Part shown: piece after piece, positions 51,577 through 64,000 of the stretch | How the letters are laid out: each line of letters begins with the position of its first letter | How positions within the stretch are numbered: the first letter of the stretch is position 1 | Assembly (NCBI GenBank): GCA_964016885.1 | Contig: OZ024746.1 | Coordinates: 64,170,001 to 64,234,000 of the forward strand | DNA: 64,000 nt | Reading direction: 5' to 3' | DNA from: Eledone cirrhosa | Lineage: Eukaryota | Program-made: the position numbers and the translations under genes | Notes under the pieces: generated by a model | Seen by the model: the letters and a program-made list of their open reading frames with translations, nothing else | Databases searched by the model: none | What the model was told of the DNA's origin: nothing

Positions 51577-52283
51577 TGTGTGTGTATGTTTATGTGTGTT
51601 TGTGTATGTTTTAGTGTTTGTGTATGTTTGAGTGTTTGTGTATGTTTGTGTATGTTTATGTGTGTTTGTGTATGTTTATGTGTGTTTGTGTATGTTTATG
51701 TGTGTTTGTGTATGTTTGTGTATGTTTATGTGTGTTTGTGTATTTTTGAGTGTTTGTGTATGTTCACATGTGTTTGTGTATGTTCATGTGTGTTTGTGTA
51801 TGTTCACGTGTGTTTGTGTATGTTCATGTGTGTTTGTGTATGTTCATATGAGTTTGTGTGTGTTTATGTGTTTGTGTATGTTCATGTGAGTTTGTGAATG
51901 TTTGTGTGTGTTTGTGTGTGTTCATGTGTGTTTGTGTATGTTTGTGTGTGTTTATGTCTGTGTTTGTGTGTGTTTATGTGTGTTTGTGTATGTTCATGTG
52001 TGTTTGTGTATGTTTGTGTGTGTTTGTGTGTGTTCATGTGTGTTTGTGTATGTCTGTGTGTGTTTGTGTATGTTCATGTGTGTTTGTGTATGTTTGTGTG
52101 TGTTTGTGTGTGTTCATGTGTGTTTGTGTATGTTCATGTGTGTTTGTGTATGTTCATGTGTGTTTGTGTGTGTTCATGTATGTATGTTTGTGTGTGTTTA
52201 TGTGTGCTTGTGTATGTTTGTGTGTGTTTATGTGTGTGTTTGTGTGTGTTTGTGTATGTTCATGTGAGTTTGTGTATGTTTGT
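51577..52283. repeat. TG-rich low-complexity satellite (tgtttgtgtatgttcatg-like)
   Basis: Direct reading. Confidence 0.92.
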
Positions 52284-52539
52284 GCGTACACACAGTACTA
52301 TCTGTGTTTCTATGTTGTGTTGTGTGTGTGTACACACATGGTACTGTCAATGTTTCTATAATGTATTGTGTATGTGTGTGTGTGTGTGTGTGTCACATTG
52401 TACTAGCAGTGTTTATATAATGTGTTGTGTGTGTGTGCCACATTGTACTGTCAGTGTTTATATAATGTGTTGTGCATGTGTGTGTGCCACATTGTGCTGT
52501 CAGTGTTTATGTATGATAGTGTTATGTTGGTATGTTTGT

Positions 52540-52574
<35 letters not shown>

Positions 52575-52579
<5 letters not shown>

Positions 52580-52612
52580 CACATTATGCTGCCTGTGTCT
52601 CTGTGTAATGTG

Positions 52613-52658
<46 letters not shown>

Positions 52659-53212
52659 CACATTATGCTGTCAGTGTTTCTATGATGTGTTGTGTAGGTA
52701 TGCTTGTGTGTGTGTTTGTGTGTATGTGTGTCCCACATTATGCTGCCTGTGTCTCTGTGTAATGTGTTGTGTGTGTGTGTGTGTGTGCCACATTATGCTG
52801 TCAGTGTTTCTATGATGTGTTGTGTAGGTATGCTTGTGTGTGTGTTTGTGTGTATGTGTGTACCACATTATGCTGCCTGTGTCTCTGTGTAATGTGTTGT
52901 GTGTGTGTGTGTGTGTGCCACATTATGCTGTCAGTGTTTCTATGATGTGTTGTGTAGGTATGCTTGTGTGTGTGTTTGTGTGTATGTGTGTACCACATTA
53001 TGCTGTCTGTGTCTCTGTGTAATGTGTTGTGTGTGTGTGTGTGTGTGTGCCACATTATGCTGTCAGTGTTTCTATGATGTGTTGTGTAGGTATGCTTGTG
53101 TGTGTGTTTGTGTGTATGTGTGTACCACATTATGCTGTCTGTGTCTCTGTGTAATGTGTTGTGTGTGTGTGTGTGTGTGCCACATTATGCTGTCAGTGTT
53201 TCTATGATGTGT
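52575..53212. repeat. ~130-bp tandem repeat, about 5 copies
   Basis: ccacattatgctgtcagtgtttctatgatg recurs at about 130-bp spacing. Confidence 0.9.
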
Positions 53213-54463
53213 TTGTGTATGTTTGTGTATCACATTGTAATGGCAGTGTCTCTGTGTGATGTGTTGTGTATGTGTGAATAATTACATACAAAGCAGAGAG
53301 CAGTAGAAGGAAATAGTGATGAATATTCAGGTAAATAAGGGAGGCAGAAAGAAAGGAGGAGAGAGAAGGGGGGAGAGAGAAAGGAAGAGAAAGATCGATA
53401 TGGATATCTGGTAAATAGATACTTTGACAAAGGAATAGCTTTAAGCAGACATTTTGATTTAAATTGTTGTATAAGATTCAAAACCACACTCGGATACACA
53501 CACAAAAACACATACACACACACAAACATATTCATACACACACACACACCTATGTCCACACAAAAATACAATGAAACACAGAAATATATGAAATCATTAA
53601 TACACACAGATGAATTAGGACAAAATATTTTATTCCATTTGCTCTTGGATGATAATTATAATCAATTTTTTGGTATTTTTTCAAATGATCAAACATGATC
53701 ATGAGTGATGAGCTCTGTTGACTTCAAAAGAGAGTTGTGATGATCATACGATTCCCACCTCCCAATCTGCCACTTCCATAACATTAGCATATATAAGCCA
53801 ATGAGGGGGCTTCTATGCTGTCATTCAAACTGCTAGTAATAACAGCCAAATTTTCTCAAATCACACTATGTTGTCTTGAAAACAGAGAAGGCATGTTGAA
53901 TAATGTAGTCCTAGATATACAAAAAAATAAAATAAAATAAAATAAAATGGTCAAGCTTGGAAAACTTTTGATCAAGGCTTTGTATGATGAGGGTTGACCA
54001 AAGGATAAACTACATCAACAATAGAAACAACATTAGCATATAGTTAAGCCACAACTAGTAAATGAACATACACATAAAGAGCCTAAGTTTGTTGACCTCC
54101 TCATTGTGAGCGCTGAAAACTGATCACTGATCTTGATCAGGAAAACAACAACCTGAGACCAACTCATAATTGAACCATATTATCAGATGCTGGACTACTG
54201 TTCTCAAGGTCATGATTTCAAATCTCACTACATCAACAGGATAAAGTACACAATTTTACTTTACTCAGTTTGCCAGTTTATATGATATCTATGATAAAAG
54301 TAAGCATTGTACTTGGATGTGAAGTTTATTATGGCTTAGAGGAAGAAAGGCAGTGCCCATAAAAATCACATTTTAGGACCTCTATGATTAGTAAGAGGAA
54401 GTTATCCTCATACCAGAAACCTAGAATGAAAATGAATGCAGTCAAAATGAAGATAGTACTCAC

Positions 54464-54630
54464 TGTGTGAAATTCGTTGTTTCTGCCAAATTGATTCTCT
54501 TCAACAATTCCTACTCAAAAGGTACTTATGTTGGTTTGGTGATGTATTCCACCATCCATAAGGTGAATTCATCCAGGATGTAGTTATGCCATAGTTCCTC
54601 CCAAGATGGTGAAAGCGGCAAAGTGCACAG
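54464..54630 (-). other. Candidate exon (167 nt)
   Basis: Acceptor TTTTCAG| and donor ACA|GTGAGT. The phase-0 frame reads LCTLPLSPSWEELWHNYILDEFTLWMVEYITKPT*. Confidence 0.45.
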
Positions 54631-55193
54631 CTGAAAATGTGGATTGACAAGATCAAATCAGTTCTTGTATATATAGTTGGAATTGTAACAGACCCCCAAT
54701 ATCTGTGTGGGATGTTTTTAATCACCATGTATTGGTGGTTTTGTCACAATGATGTGGTTTAATTGGTTGCAGCCTGCTCAGCAGTACACAAATGATAAAT
54801 CTAGATTTACATATACAAGCAGCTCTATTGAGATATGAGTGGGAACTAAATGAGAAGCTAATTAAGTTTTTAAAATGTCAATGTCTATTAAGGTACTGCA
54901 ATAAATATATTAACAGAAAAAGTCCTTCTGAAAACATTCCAAAGACGATAAATTCTAAATCTTAATTAAAAAAAATAGATGCACTAAACAGAAAAATAAG
55001 CTAATCAGTAAATCTCATTATGAAAATTAATTTCACCTCTCCAACAATAATGGAATAATCAAACTAGATTATATCATCATATGTAAAATATTACTAAAAT
55101 GAAGTTTATATTTTGTGCATCATTTGACAATGCCAACTTTCTTATCATTAGTTATGTCCACTTCAGGATTGACTCTGAGCATAAAACACTAAA

Positions 55194-55375
55194 TAATTGT
55201 TTCTACTTTCAGCACAAGGCCAGCAATAACCCCAGTACATTACTGGTGCTTTATTTTATTGACCCTGTAAAGATGAAAGGCAAAGTTAACCTCGGCATGA
55301 TTTGAACTCAGAACGTAAAGGGCCATAACTCTATGCTACAAAGCATGGTGTCTGAAGCTCTACCGATACTGTCAA
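55194..55375 (-). mobile_element. SINE family A
   Basis: Reverse complement of the consensus. Confidence 0.85.
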
Positions 55376-55582
55376 TAAGTGGTCTGAAGTAATATACACA
55401 ATACATTTTAGGGTATTAGGTTTTCTTTACTTTGAGTGTAAAGTTATGTTTATAAATCTAAATATATTTCAATACATTCTCCTGACTATGCATTTACATA
55501 TGTGTGTGTATCATCACCACCACCACCATTTAACATCAGTGTTTCATGCTTGCATGGGTTAGAAGAGTAATCATAATAATAA

Positions 55583-55763
55583 TAATTGTTTCTTCTTTAG
55601 GCACAAGGCCAGCAATTACCCAGTGCATTACTGGTACTTTATTTTATCAACCCCGTAAGGATGAAAGGCAAAGTCAACCTCGGCAGGATTTGAACTCAGA
55701 CCATAAAGGGACGTAACTATGCTGGAAAGCATGGCATCCGACTCTCTACCGATACTGTCAATC
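55583..55763 (-). mobile_element. SINE family A
   Basis: Reverse complement of the consensus, flanked by atcataataataataat on both sides. Confidence 0.88.
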
Positions 55764-56211
55764 ATAATAATAATAATAATAATAATGATTACATGTATAT
55801 ATAAAAAATAAATCTAAAAAAATAGAAAATGAATTAATAGGACCATAGATATAAGAAAGATAGGCATTGCACTTAAAATATTTTGGTTGTGGTTATTCCT
55901 TTTGGTTGTTTGAAAAAAAAAGATGCAAATTAGAGTTGTAGTGTCTGTTCTAGCTAGTTATAATCATTGCTGTGTGTGAAATACAAATTCTAGTGTGACT
56001 ATGTAATATGCAAATTACTGTTGTAGTATTTGTTCTAGCTAGGTGTAATAATTGTAGATTGTATGAAATACCGATTTTATTGTGGCTGGCCACACACATT
56101 CACATGTATATGTATGTAGTTGCCTGGATGTGAGGTTGTAATCACAATATATGTGTGAAAAGTTAACGGAAAATACAACAGACGATGAAGTACAATGAAA
56201 ATATATATTAA

Positions 56212-56305
56212 CATCCAAAATGTTAAAACTTTTCCTACTATATTAATGAAATTAATATAGTAGGAAAAGTTTTAACATTTTGGATGCTAGTCCTTCATCA
56301 GAAAA
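56212..56305 (-). repeat. Perfect 36-bp hairpin overlapping a decayed HHR family C copy
   Basis: Arms at 56212-56247 and 56251-56286. Minus strand CUGAUGAAGGACUAGCAUCC-AAAAUGUU versus the intact GUCC-GAAACGUU near 20730. Confidence 0.85.
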
Positions 56306-56502
56306 TAGAATAAGAAATTAAAGAAGAAATAGAAAGATAGAGGAGAGTGTGCAGAGGCAGAAATGAAAAAGATTTCTTCAAGAAAAAACAGGTCTGTTCA
56401 TTTCACCATCTCTTGGAAAACTGTTGATAGGAGCGTTTATGGTGCAGGAAGTTCTGTTGGCTGTCTTTTGAAAGGCTATAATCAAAAGTGTCTTACATGA
56501 TG

Positions 56503-56577
<75 letters not shown>

Positions 56578-56579
<2 letters not shown>

Positions 56580-57045
56580 CCAGATCCCCTCAGGGAAATG
56601 GCCTTGCTCAGTATGCAGGAAAGGTGTCAGTAGAAATTCTATCCTCTGCCCCAAATGCAAACTATGGGTGCACAAGAGATGTGGGATCTCAGGAATTCTA
56701 GCTAAGAATGTAGGCACCAGCAGTTGCACCGGAACAGTAAGCAGCAAACAACCCCAGGAAGCAAAAACTACCAAATTCTGGGAGGGCTTGTAGAAACAGT
56801 AGAGAGCTTCTACTATCTAAGTGACCGAATTAGCAGTGGAGAGGGGGATTCTGAAAGTACAGTAACCAGGGTAAGAATGGGATGGAAGAAGTTCAGGGAG
56901 TTACTATCACTGCTAGCTGCAAAAGGCTTTTCCCTCAAAATGAAAGGCAAACTATATGATGCATGCATATGAACAGCAATGTCACATGGTAGTGAGACCT
57001 GGGCTTTGTGTGCAGAAGACTTGCATAGATTAGAAAGAAACAAAG
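56578..57045 (+). mobile_element. RTE LINE fragment
   Basis: SGKWPCSVCRKGV..CKLWVHKRC, VESFYYL, GWKKFRELL, HGSETW. Confidence 0.88.
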
Positions 57046-57467
57046 CTTATATATTATTATCATCGTTGTACATCAATGTTTCCATGCTAGCATGGATTAG
57101 ACAAGTTGTCCTTTTGTGGGCAATGCCAGGTCAGATGACCATGTCTTGCTCATACAGGACTGTTTTTTGCTTGATTTCTACAGCTGGATGCCCTTCCTAA
57201 CACCAACCCCATTTACAGTGAGTATTGGGTGATTTTTTTTACTATGCCACCTACACGACCACTTTACAGTGTTGACTGGGTGCTTTTTGTCATGACTCCT
57301 AAATGACCACTTTATAGTGTGGGCTGGATGTTGGCACAAGGCTAGAAATTATGAGGGAAGTCGATTATATCAGCCCCAGTTTTTTTTAGTGGAACTTTAT
57401 TTTACACACCCATATATTTAAATCAAAATATATAAAGACACAAAAATAAACACCAACACATACATAC

Positions 57468-57508
57468 CTGCAAACTGTCAGATACTAACAAGATCCCTAC
57501 ACCTTCAT
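57468..57508 (-). other. Candidate 41-nt exon
   Basis: TGCAG|ATGAAGG...TTTGCAG|GTATGT; reads (D)EGVGILLVSDSLQ. Confidence 0.4.
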
Positions 57509-58145
57509 CTGCATACAACTGTGTACATGCATATGCATGCACAGACATACATTTATCTATTTGTATACTTTTATGTCAAGTGTGTCTGTATATTTATACA
57601 AGTAGATTTGTGTGTGTGTGTGCTTATATATCTATGTGTATTTCCCACTAACTTAAATGTATCTGTGTTTGATAAAGAGAATTTGATTTTAAATACGAGA
57701 CATTTAATTATATTATAAATTCTAGAAAATTATTATGAATGTCATACACCAGGGGCATAATATATTGTTTATACTGGCCATTCTTTAGTTGAAATCACTA
57801 GCTGTGAAATAGCTAAAATGTCACCTTTATTCATTTGTTTATTTGTGTATTATATATGAATTGTTGTCACTATCTTATATAATTCTATGTTTCCATGAAG
57901 GACAATTTAATTTTAAATAAGAGCTTTATAATTATATTACTTCACACATGATACAACACCATCTGGAACATGTTGATGCACCAACCTAATATTCCCTCCA
58001 TGCTTAGTTCATCCCACTTGCATGACAATTATTGAAGCAAAAATAAATTGGTGACATTACTTCTATTCTGTCTGTTTTCCTCAAAAACAATAACAAAAAT
58101 TTCACACTCTTTCTACAAGTTGACATTAGCTCTGTCTTTTTGTTT

Positions 58146-58308
58146 GGGTTGGACGCCATGCTTTGACGCATAGAGTTACGGCCCTTGCCATTCTGATTTC
58201 AAATCCCGCTGAGGTTAACTTTGTCTTTCATCCTTACAGGGTCGATAAAATAAAGTACCAGTAATGTACTGGGTAATTGCTGGCCTTGTGCCAAAAAGTA
58301 GAAACAAA
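58146..58308 (+). mobile_element. SINE family A
   Basis: Consensus match. Confidence 0.85.
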
Positions 58309-59232
58309 CATTATTGTGTAGTTTAAGATATGGTATTTCTCAGTGGTCAAACAAATAATTATTGTTTAGTGTGGTTCTGGCTAAGATATATTTCTTTATT
58401 CATTATTTATTATTATTTATTGTTTATTTATTATTTATTTATTAAGATAGACCATGGAATGTCAGTAGATTCATCCCTAGCTTTCTTTTGTAAGAACCCT
58501 GTATAGTTGACAATGCACATGTGCTTTTTATTAGTATTGATGCATCACTGAAAACTGGGTGTTTGGTTCCATTGTGCAGCATTATAGCATTCTTAACAAT
58601 AACATCTGTTAATTCTCCTTTATGTCCATTTTACTCTAGTTCAGTTTTGTTGGTTAAAATGGATTTGTTTCCAGTTTTGAACTGCCAGTTTATCAAAAGT
58701 GTAAAAAAATAAAAAAATGCACTGCATGTGAGAGGTATAAATTCTCAATTGCCTCTGAGTGTGTGCGTGCGTGTGTGTGCATGTCTGTCTGTACAAATCA
58801 ATAATAAAAAAAAAAATCAAAACACATCATGTCCTGTATATGAAATCAATGAGTATATAAAATCTAATAAGAGAACATTTTATGACTGAACTTCATTGTA
58901 CAGTGGTGTCCAGCATAAGCATCAGATAAATTTTGCTTGACTTGTCTGTACGAATCTGTTAACTTGACAGGCAGATAATTCATTAGATTTTGAAAACCTA
59001 TACAAGAGGCTGACTTGCTGATAAAGTGTGTGAAATAATGAGGTCTATTAATTTCGTATTAACACTTCGCCAAGATTTACGACATCTTTACTCCATATTC
59101 TCACATTAAATGCTCTTTTCTGTACTCAGTTCTCATTATTTCAGCAAGATAACCGTAACCTTGTTTGTATCAGTGGAACAAACTCATTATTTAGTCATGA
59201 TTGAATAAGAAGTGTATATTGTACAAAATTAC

Positions 59233-59253
59233 CTGTGCAAAGCCTTATTATAA
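59233..59253 (-). other. Candidate 21-nt microexon
   Basis: TTTGCAG|TTATAATAAGGCTTTGCACAG|GTAATT, with an upstream pyrimidine tract. Confidence 0.4.
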
Positions 59254-59755
59254 CTGCAAACACATACATGTATAGAATCAAGTAGAAGGAGAGATAGAGA
59301 AAGAGACACAAATAAAAACACACATGTGCACATATATCAACATATATCAGCGAGATTTATATCTGTGTATGTTTGTATGTGTAACAATGTGTGTGTCTCT
59401 CTCTCTCTCTATATATATATATATCTCCCTCTACTTGATTCTATGTGTGTGGTTTGTTTCTGCAGGCTGTCTATTTTGAAATTATTAAAATAACCTCACA
59501 TGGATATAAATATAATACTTTTCATATTTCATGGCTCCATTTTCCAAACCTGAACTACATTCAATACATTCTCACTATATCAAATGTAACTAATTTCATT
59601 AAGGAAAAAATACTAGTATCATAATCACTTTCATCATCATCATCGTTATCATCATCATTATCATCATTATCATCATCATCATCACACTCATTATCACCAT
59701 CATCATCACCATCACCATCGTCCACATCCTCCTCATCATCATCATCATTATATTT

Positions 59756-59787
<32 letters not shown>

Positions 59788-60094
59788 ACTTGTCCTTTTC
59801 TATGTTTTTCCCACCTGACTTATGGTTGGCTGTATGTCATGTCATCTGTTGTGGTGCTTCATCTCACCTCTTGCTGCATAACTTCATCATGCAACGCACA
59901 AAACAACAGAGAAAAAAAACCTGTCAATTTGCTGTTTCTTAAAATACAGAGAGGATGAATTTTATTGTTCCACCATCACTGGAAATGTTGTTTGTGGGTG
60001 GATAGAATAATGAGCCTTTGCTGTCTTTTATTAGGTCTTATTTAGAATGATTATCCTTCTCAATATTCAGCTTGCAGAGTCCACATCTTATTTG

Positions 60095-60490
60095 TATTCT
60101 ATCCTTATTCTAGTTATTTATGCCCTCAGAGCATCCTCCTTTTCTGCTAATAGATCACATAGGTAGCAGAAGCTATCAACCACTTCTATGGATCCTTTCT
60201 GTGATTGAAAAAGGTTTATATCCTTGGTGCTCCTCTCCTTGATTACCTCTATGTATCTTCTACAGACAAAGACTTCCCTTCCTGTTAGTCTACCTGTTAC
60301 CCCCACTACATCTCTTGTGTACCCAGGATTTACATTATGTACATCGTATAGAGTTTATGCCTATTCCTTTTCTACATATTGAGCAAGGCCACTTCCCTGA
60401 AGGAATCAGGGTCCTGTCTTTCCTACTTAGTAGCTCTATAGTTTACTCTCAGACACTTTGATTCCAAATTCTGTTTCCATAGTCAAAACT
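60095..60490 (-). mobile_element. RTE LINE fragment
   Basis: Reverse-complement homologous to the zinc segment and VDSFCYL region of family 1. Confidence 0.8.
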
Positions 60491-60517
60491 ACTTGCTTTT
60501 ATATATATATATATATA

Positions 60518-60675
60518 TGATATCCCTGAAATATATATAATGAAATAAATATGGTTTTATAAATATAGTTTCCATTTATTTAATATCATAAATATACTCC
60601 AAATACTTGTTGAGTGCTTTTATATCAGTTATAAATATTTACTCGTTGTTAACCCAACAATTTAAATATAACTTT

Positions 60676-60680
<5 letters not shown>
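60518..60680 (+). mobile_element. 5'-truncated HHR family D element inside (TA)n
   Basis: Matches 41858-41939 joined to 42028-42105. Keeps only the GAAA half of the ribozyme. Confidence 0.8.
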
Positions 60681-60729
<49 letters not shown>

Positions 60730-61279
60730 CTTTTAGTTTTCAGCTGTATTCTTCATACCTTCATAGTTATTTGTTTTTAACTTTATCAATCTTCCTTTTT
60801 TTTCTTTCCTCAATAATCTTACCTCCTAAAATATATTTCTAAAATCTAACATTTCTCTCTATGTAAAAGTAGCTAGGTTTACTTTATTAGTCTGACTATC
60901 TTAAATATAATAAAGGACTACATATTCTCACAGGAGTTTCAGATTTAATCTGTCAGTACTTCCATGTTAGATTGGTGAACAATATTACATGTATACCCAC
61001 ACCAATCTTTTCATTGACCATTTCTTTTTCTTTTGTCCCTTTTCATTTTCTATATCTAAAATTGATCTAAAAAAGCATGTCCCAACAGATTCACATTTAA
61101 TTAAATGAAGACATGGATAACCAGATTAAAGCCACAATCCATACAGACATTCATCACTACCTTCAAACTCTACTGTAACCTCCACCTAAGGAATGATTCT
61201 CAACATTTTTATTTATATCTTGACAGTGCATGTGTATAATTAAGCAACACCTTTATGATTATAGATTTACGTATGATAT

Positions 61280-61980
61280 TCCATGTTAATCATTTGCATC
61301 ATTCTCAGCCATTATCTGCCCAGGGCCTTCCTGAACCAGTGCCAATTGTTTCTCCTTAGTTTAACATCCACAAACTTATCAATCTCATTCCTTTATCTCA
61401 GCTTCTTTCTTCCTCAACTATGTGGACATATCCCCTTGGTCTCCATTCTGTACATTTCTTGTCATTTATTCATGCCACATGCTCTACCCTATTTCCTCTC
61501 TTCATCTTTGACTTATCCACTGACATGTTTTTTCGCACGTTTTAGTGATTCCTACTTCCTTGTATTGTTCTAAGCTTCTACTTCATGTTTTTAGTCATTG
61601 ACCATCTTTATACTTTATAAGCTATCATTGCTATGATACATTTATAAAACACTTTTGCCCTTAAAGCAAAATGGTATCTTATTTTTCATAACGTCTTTCA
61701 ATTTACCAAAATGCCACCCTGCAGCTTGGATTTGTCTGCTATTTATATTCCATATTTACCAGCTGGCTAAGATAAATATATTTGTTAATAGTTGATATAG
61801 TATCTTGGTTGACTTGGATTACTTATTGCATGAGTATTGAACATGACTTGTGTTGTTTTATATTTATTTCTAGTCTCAACTTTTTGCTTTCTCAGTTTAG
61901 TTTATTTACCATTTGTTCCAGTTTATGAGCATTGTTTGAAAAAAAAGATTTGAAAAGAATCAGCAAAGCATAAATGGCTT
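61280..61980 (-). mobile_element. Old, heavily decayed RTE-like LINE fragment
   Basis: Minus-strand traces of yiylsqlv, iqaagwhfgkl, ggiessR-like and dkkctewrprg..sgrkklr. Weak. Confidence 0.4.
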
Positions 61981-62153
61981 AACTCGCCATATATGTTTGT
62001 TACTTTTTCTCCCAGTTAATGTTTTAAAAATCACTTTCGAAGTCATTGAGCAAATTATCAAACTATTGGTCACACTTTGATAGGTTTGTGGGTGAACCTG
62101 TAGCAGTGGAGATTTCCAGTGTTCTTGGCTTTCTGGACCACATCCTTACTCAC

Positions 62154-62374
62154 TACTATTGAGGTGGTGTTGGCTACCTGCAGGAACGAGCTCCATGAGT
62201 TTGGAACAGGTTTTCCAATGCATCTTCTTCCAATAAGTCTCCCTCACCAACCTCTGGAGCATTCTGTTCGCTGCAACCACAAGGCAGCCGGCACATGAGC
62301 TGCCACACACAAGAGAATGGTCCCTTACTCTGCCCAGGTCCATATCATTGGAGCAGCGATGTTGAGTCTGCCAG
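62154..62374 (-). other. Candidate 221-nt exon
   Basis: GC-richer unique island. Acceptor TTTTACAG| and donor A|GTGAGT (alternative CAG|GTAGCC at 62177). One fully open frame WQTQHRC...HHLNS. Confidence 0.55.
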
Positions 62375-62908
62375 CTGTAAAACTAACAGAGATATATAAC
62401 ATCTAAACACTTTATATAACTATAGTTAATCCCTTTGGAAGACATCTTTAAAGAATTTGAGTGATGTTACATCCCATGTTCTTACCTCACTTACAATATT
62501 GATCTTTTTGATTTTAATGTAAAGTTTTATGGATAATATATTCTGACTAGATTTCCAGAATAATTTCTATATAAGTTTAATATATTCCTTGATCAATAAA
62601 AACTTCAAGTACACAGCTTGGATTTCAATGTTATAGAAGGTTTTCTTATAATTTTTGAAGCCTAATCCCAACAGTTGTCTATATTCTCAATGTTTCTGAA
62701 TGGTATGATTGATGATCTGTAAAAGGGGTAGTTGATGAAAAACTGCTGCTTGTTCTATTGGTTGGTTGATGCAATTTGTAAGCACTTGTAAACACTTCAG
62801 GGAATAGTTAGTTAGAAGTTAGACAAGAACCTGATGTATCTGAAGTTTTAAGATCTGTAATATCACCTATTTCCTTTTATAAAACTATGATGATACCATT
62901 ATTCTAAC

Positions 62909-63089
62909 GGTGGATTGGCAGTATCGGTAGAGGGTCGGACGCCATGCTTTCCAGCATAGTTACGTCCCTTTACGATCTGAGTTCAAATCCCGCCGAGGTT
63001 GACTTTGCCTTTCATCCTTACGGGGTCGATAAAATAAAGTACTAGTAATGCACTGGGTAATTGCTGGCCTTGTGCCTAAAGTAGAAACA
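62909..63089 (+). mobile_element. SINE family A, young full-length copy with an 11-bp TSD
   Basis: ATTATTCTAAC at 62898-62908 and 63090-63100. A box tggcagtatcgg and B box gttcaaatcc. Confidence 0.93.
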
Positions 63090-63198
63090 ATTATTCTAAC
63101 TGCTGAAGATTTCATATGATTTCATGAATTTTGTAAAGATATCAATTAGTTACCTATAACTGCAATGAATGCTTTTTTTCACCACTTTACAGAGTGTG

Positions 63199-63606
63199 CT
63201 GGGTGTATTTTATTGTCGTACTGACACTACCAATTCAAGAAATGTACGGGGTGTATCTTATTGTGGTACCAACACTACCAATTCAAGAAATGTACTGGGT
63301 GTATTTTATTATGGTACCAACACTACCAATTTAAAAAATGTACTGCGTGTATTTTATTGTGGTACCAACACTACCAATTCAAGAAATGTATTGGGTGTAT
63401 TTTATTATGGTACCAACACTACCAATTTAAAAAATGTACTGGGTGTATTCTATTGTGGTACCAACACTACCAATTCAAGAAATGTACTGGGTGTATTTTA
63501 TTATGGTACCAACACTACCAATTTAAAAAATGTACTGGGTGTATTTTATTATGGTACCAACACTACCAATTTAAAAAATGTACTGGGTGTATTTTATTGT
63601 GGTACT
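63199..63606. repeat. 48-bp minisatellite, about 8.5 copies
   Basis: Unit ctgggtgtattttattatggtaccaacactaccaatttaaaaaatgta. Confidence 0.95.
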
Positions 63607-64000
63607 AGTGCTACAACTTTATAGTGTGATACCGACACTCAACAGAGCCACGGTGTCCACTCTACTATGTTGTCTCAGTCTGTTTTCCCACCACATTATA
63701 GGTGGGAGTACTGAGTGTGTTTCATAGTAACATTATATGTAGTTTCAGGTCACATTTTCATTCACTTTCATTGTGCAGATCTTTTGTATTAAAGTTTGTG
63801 TTACCAGTCAACTCAGTCCTGTGTCATCAGCTTCATAAGATTCAGGTGAGGTCATTCTTCACAAATTTGTTCCGTGTCTTCCTTAGTCTCCATCTCCCAC
63901 AGGTTCTTTTTCTTCAACTCTTGCTCTACTTACACATAACATATGATTATACCAGCAGTCACCTCCCTTGCACATTACATTTAATTCCTCTTATATGCAA

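Noticed and set aside
49343-53281. Many Cys/Val- and His/Thr-rich ORFs
   Set aside because: Translations of TG/CA repeats.
62340-62350. In-frame TGA as selenocysteine in an alternative frame of the 62-kb exon
   Set aside because: No resemblance to a known selenoprotein, no SECIS identified, and another frame is fully open.
63169-63624. 151-aa repeat ORF or CRISPR-like array
   Set aside because: Tandem units have no unique spacers, there are no cas genes, and the context is eukaryotic. The ORF follows from the 48-bp period.

Overview
AT-rich, microsatellite-dense eukaryotic (animal) DNA. The repeat content resembles octopus or another coleoid cephalopod, but this is inference from remembered repeat families, not a database match. 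No intact recognisable protein-coding gene, CRISPR array, rRNA or genuine tRNA gene was found, and most ORFs in the track are artefacts of simple repeats. The window is a nested collection of decayed transposons: Penelope-like elements (one with RT, Cys-rich linker and GIY-YIG), two families of RTE-clade LINE fragments, a CRE-like retrotransposon fragment, three SINE-type families, and non-autonomous piggyBac, hAT, pogo/Tc2-like and Helitron elements. The main signal outside the ORF track is about 14 hammerhead-ribozyme (HHR) motifs, intact or decayed, from at least 6 unrelated families. They sit in short elements mostly next to (TA)n tracts, are usually followed by AATAAA, and often form fold-back inverted repeats (up to 176 bp perfect arms). 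Several splice-signal-bounded candidate exons on the minus strand, including 21, 30 and 41 nt microexons, suggest the region may be intronic to a long, unrecognised transcript. All alignments and folds were done by eye.
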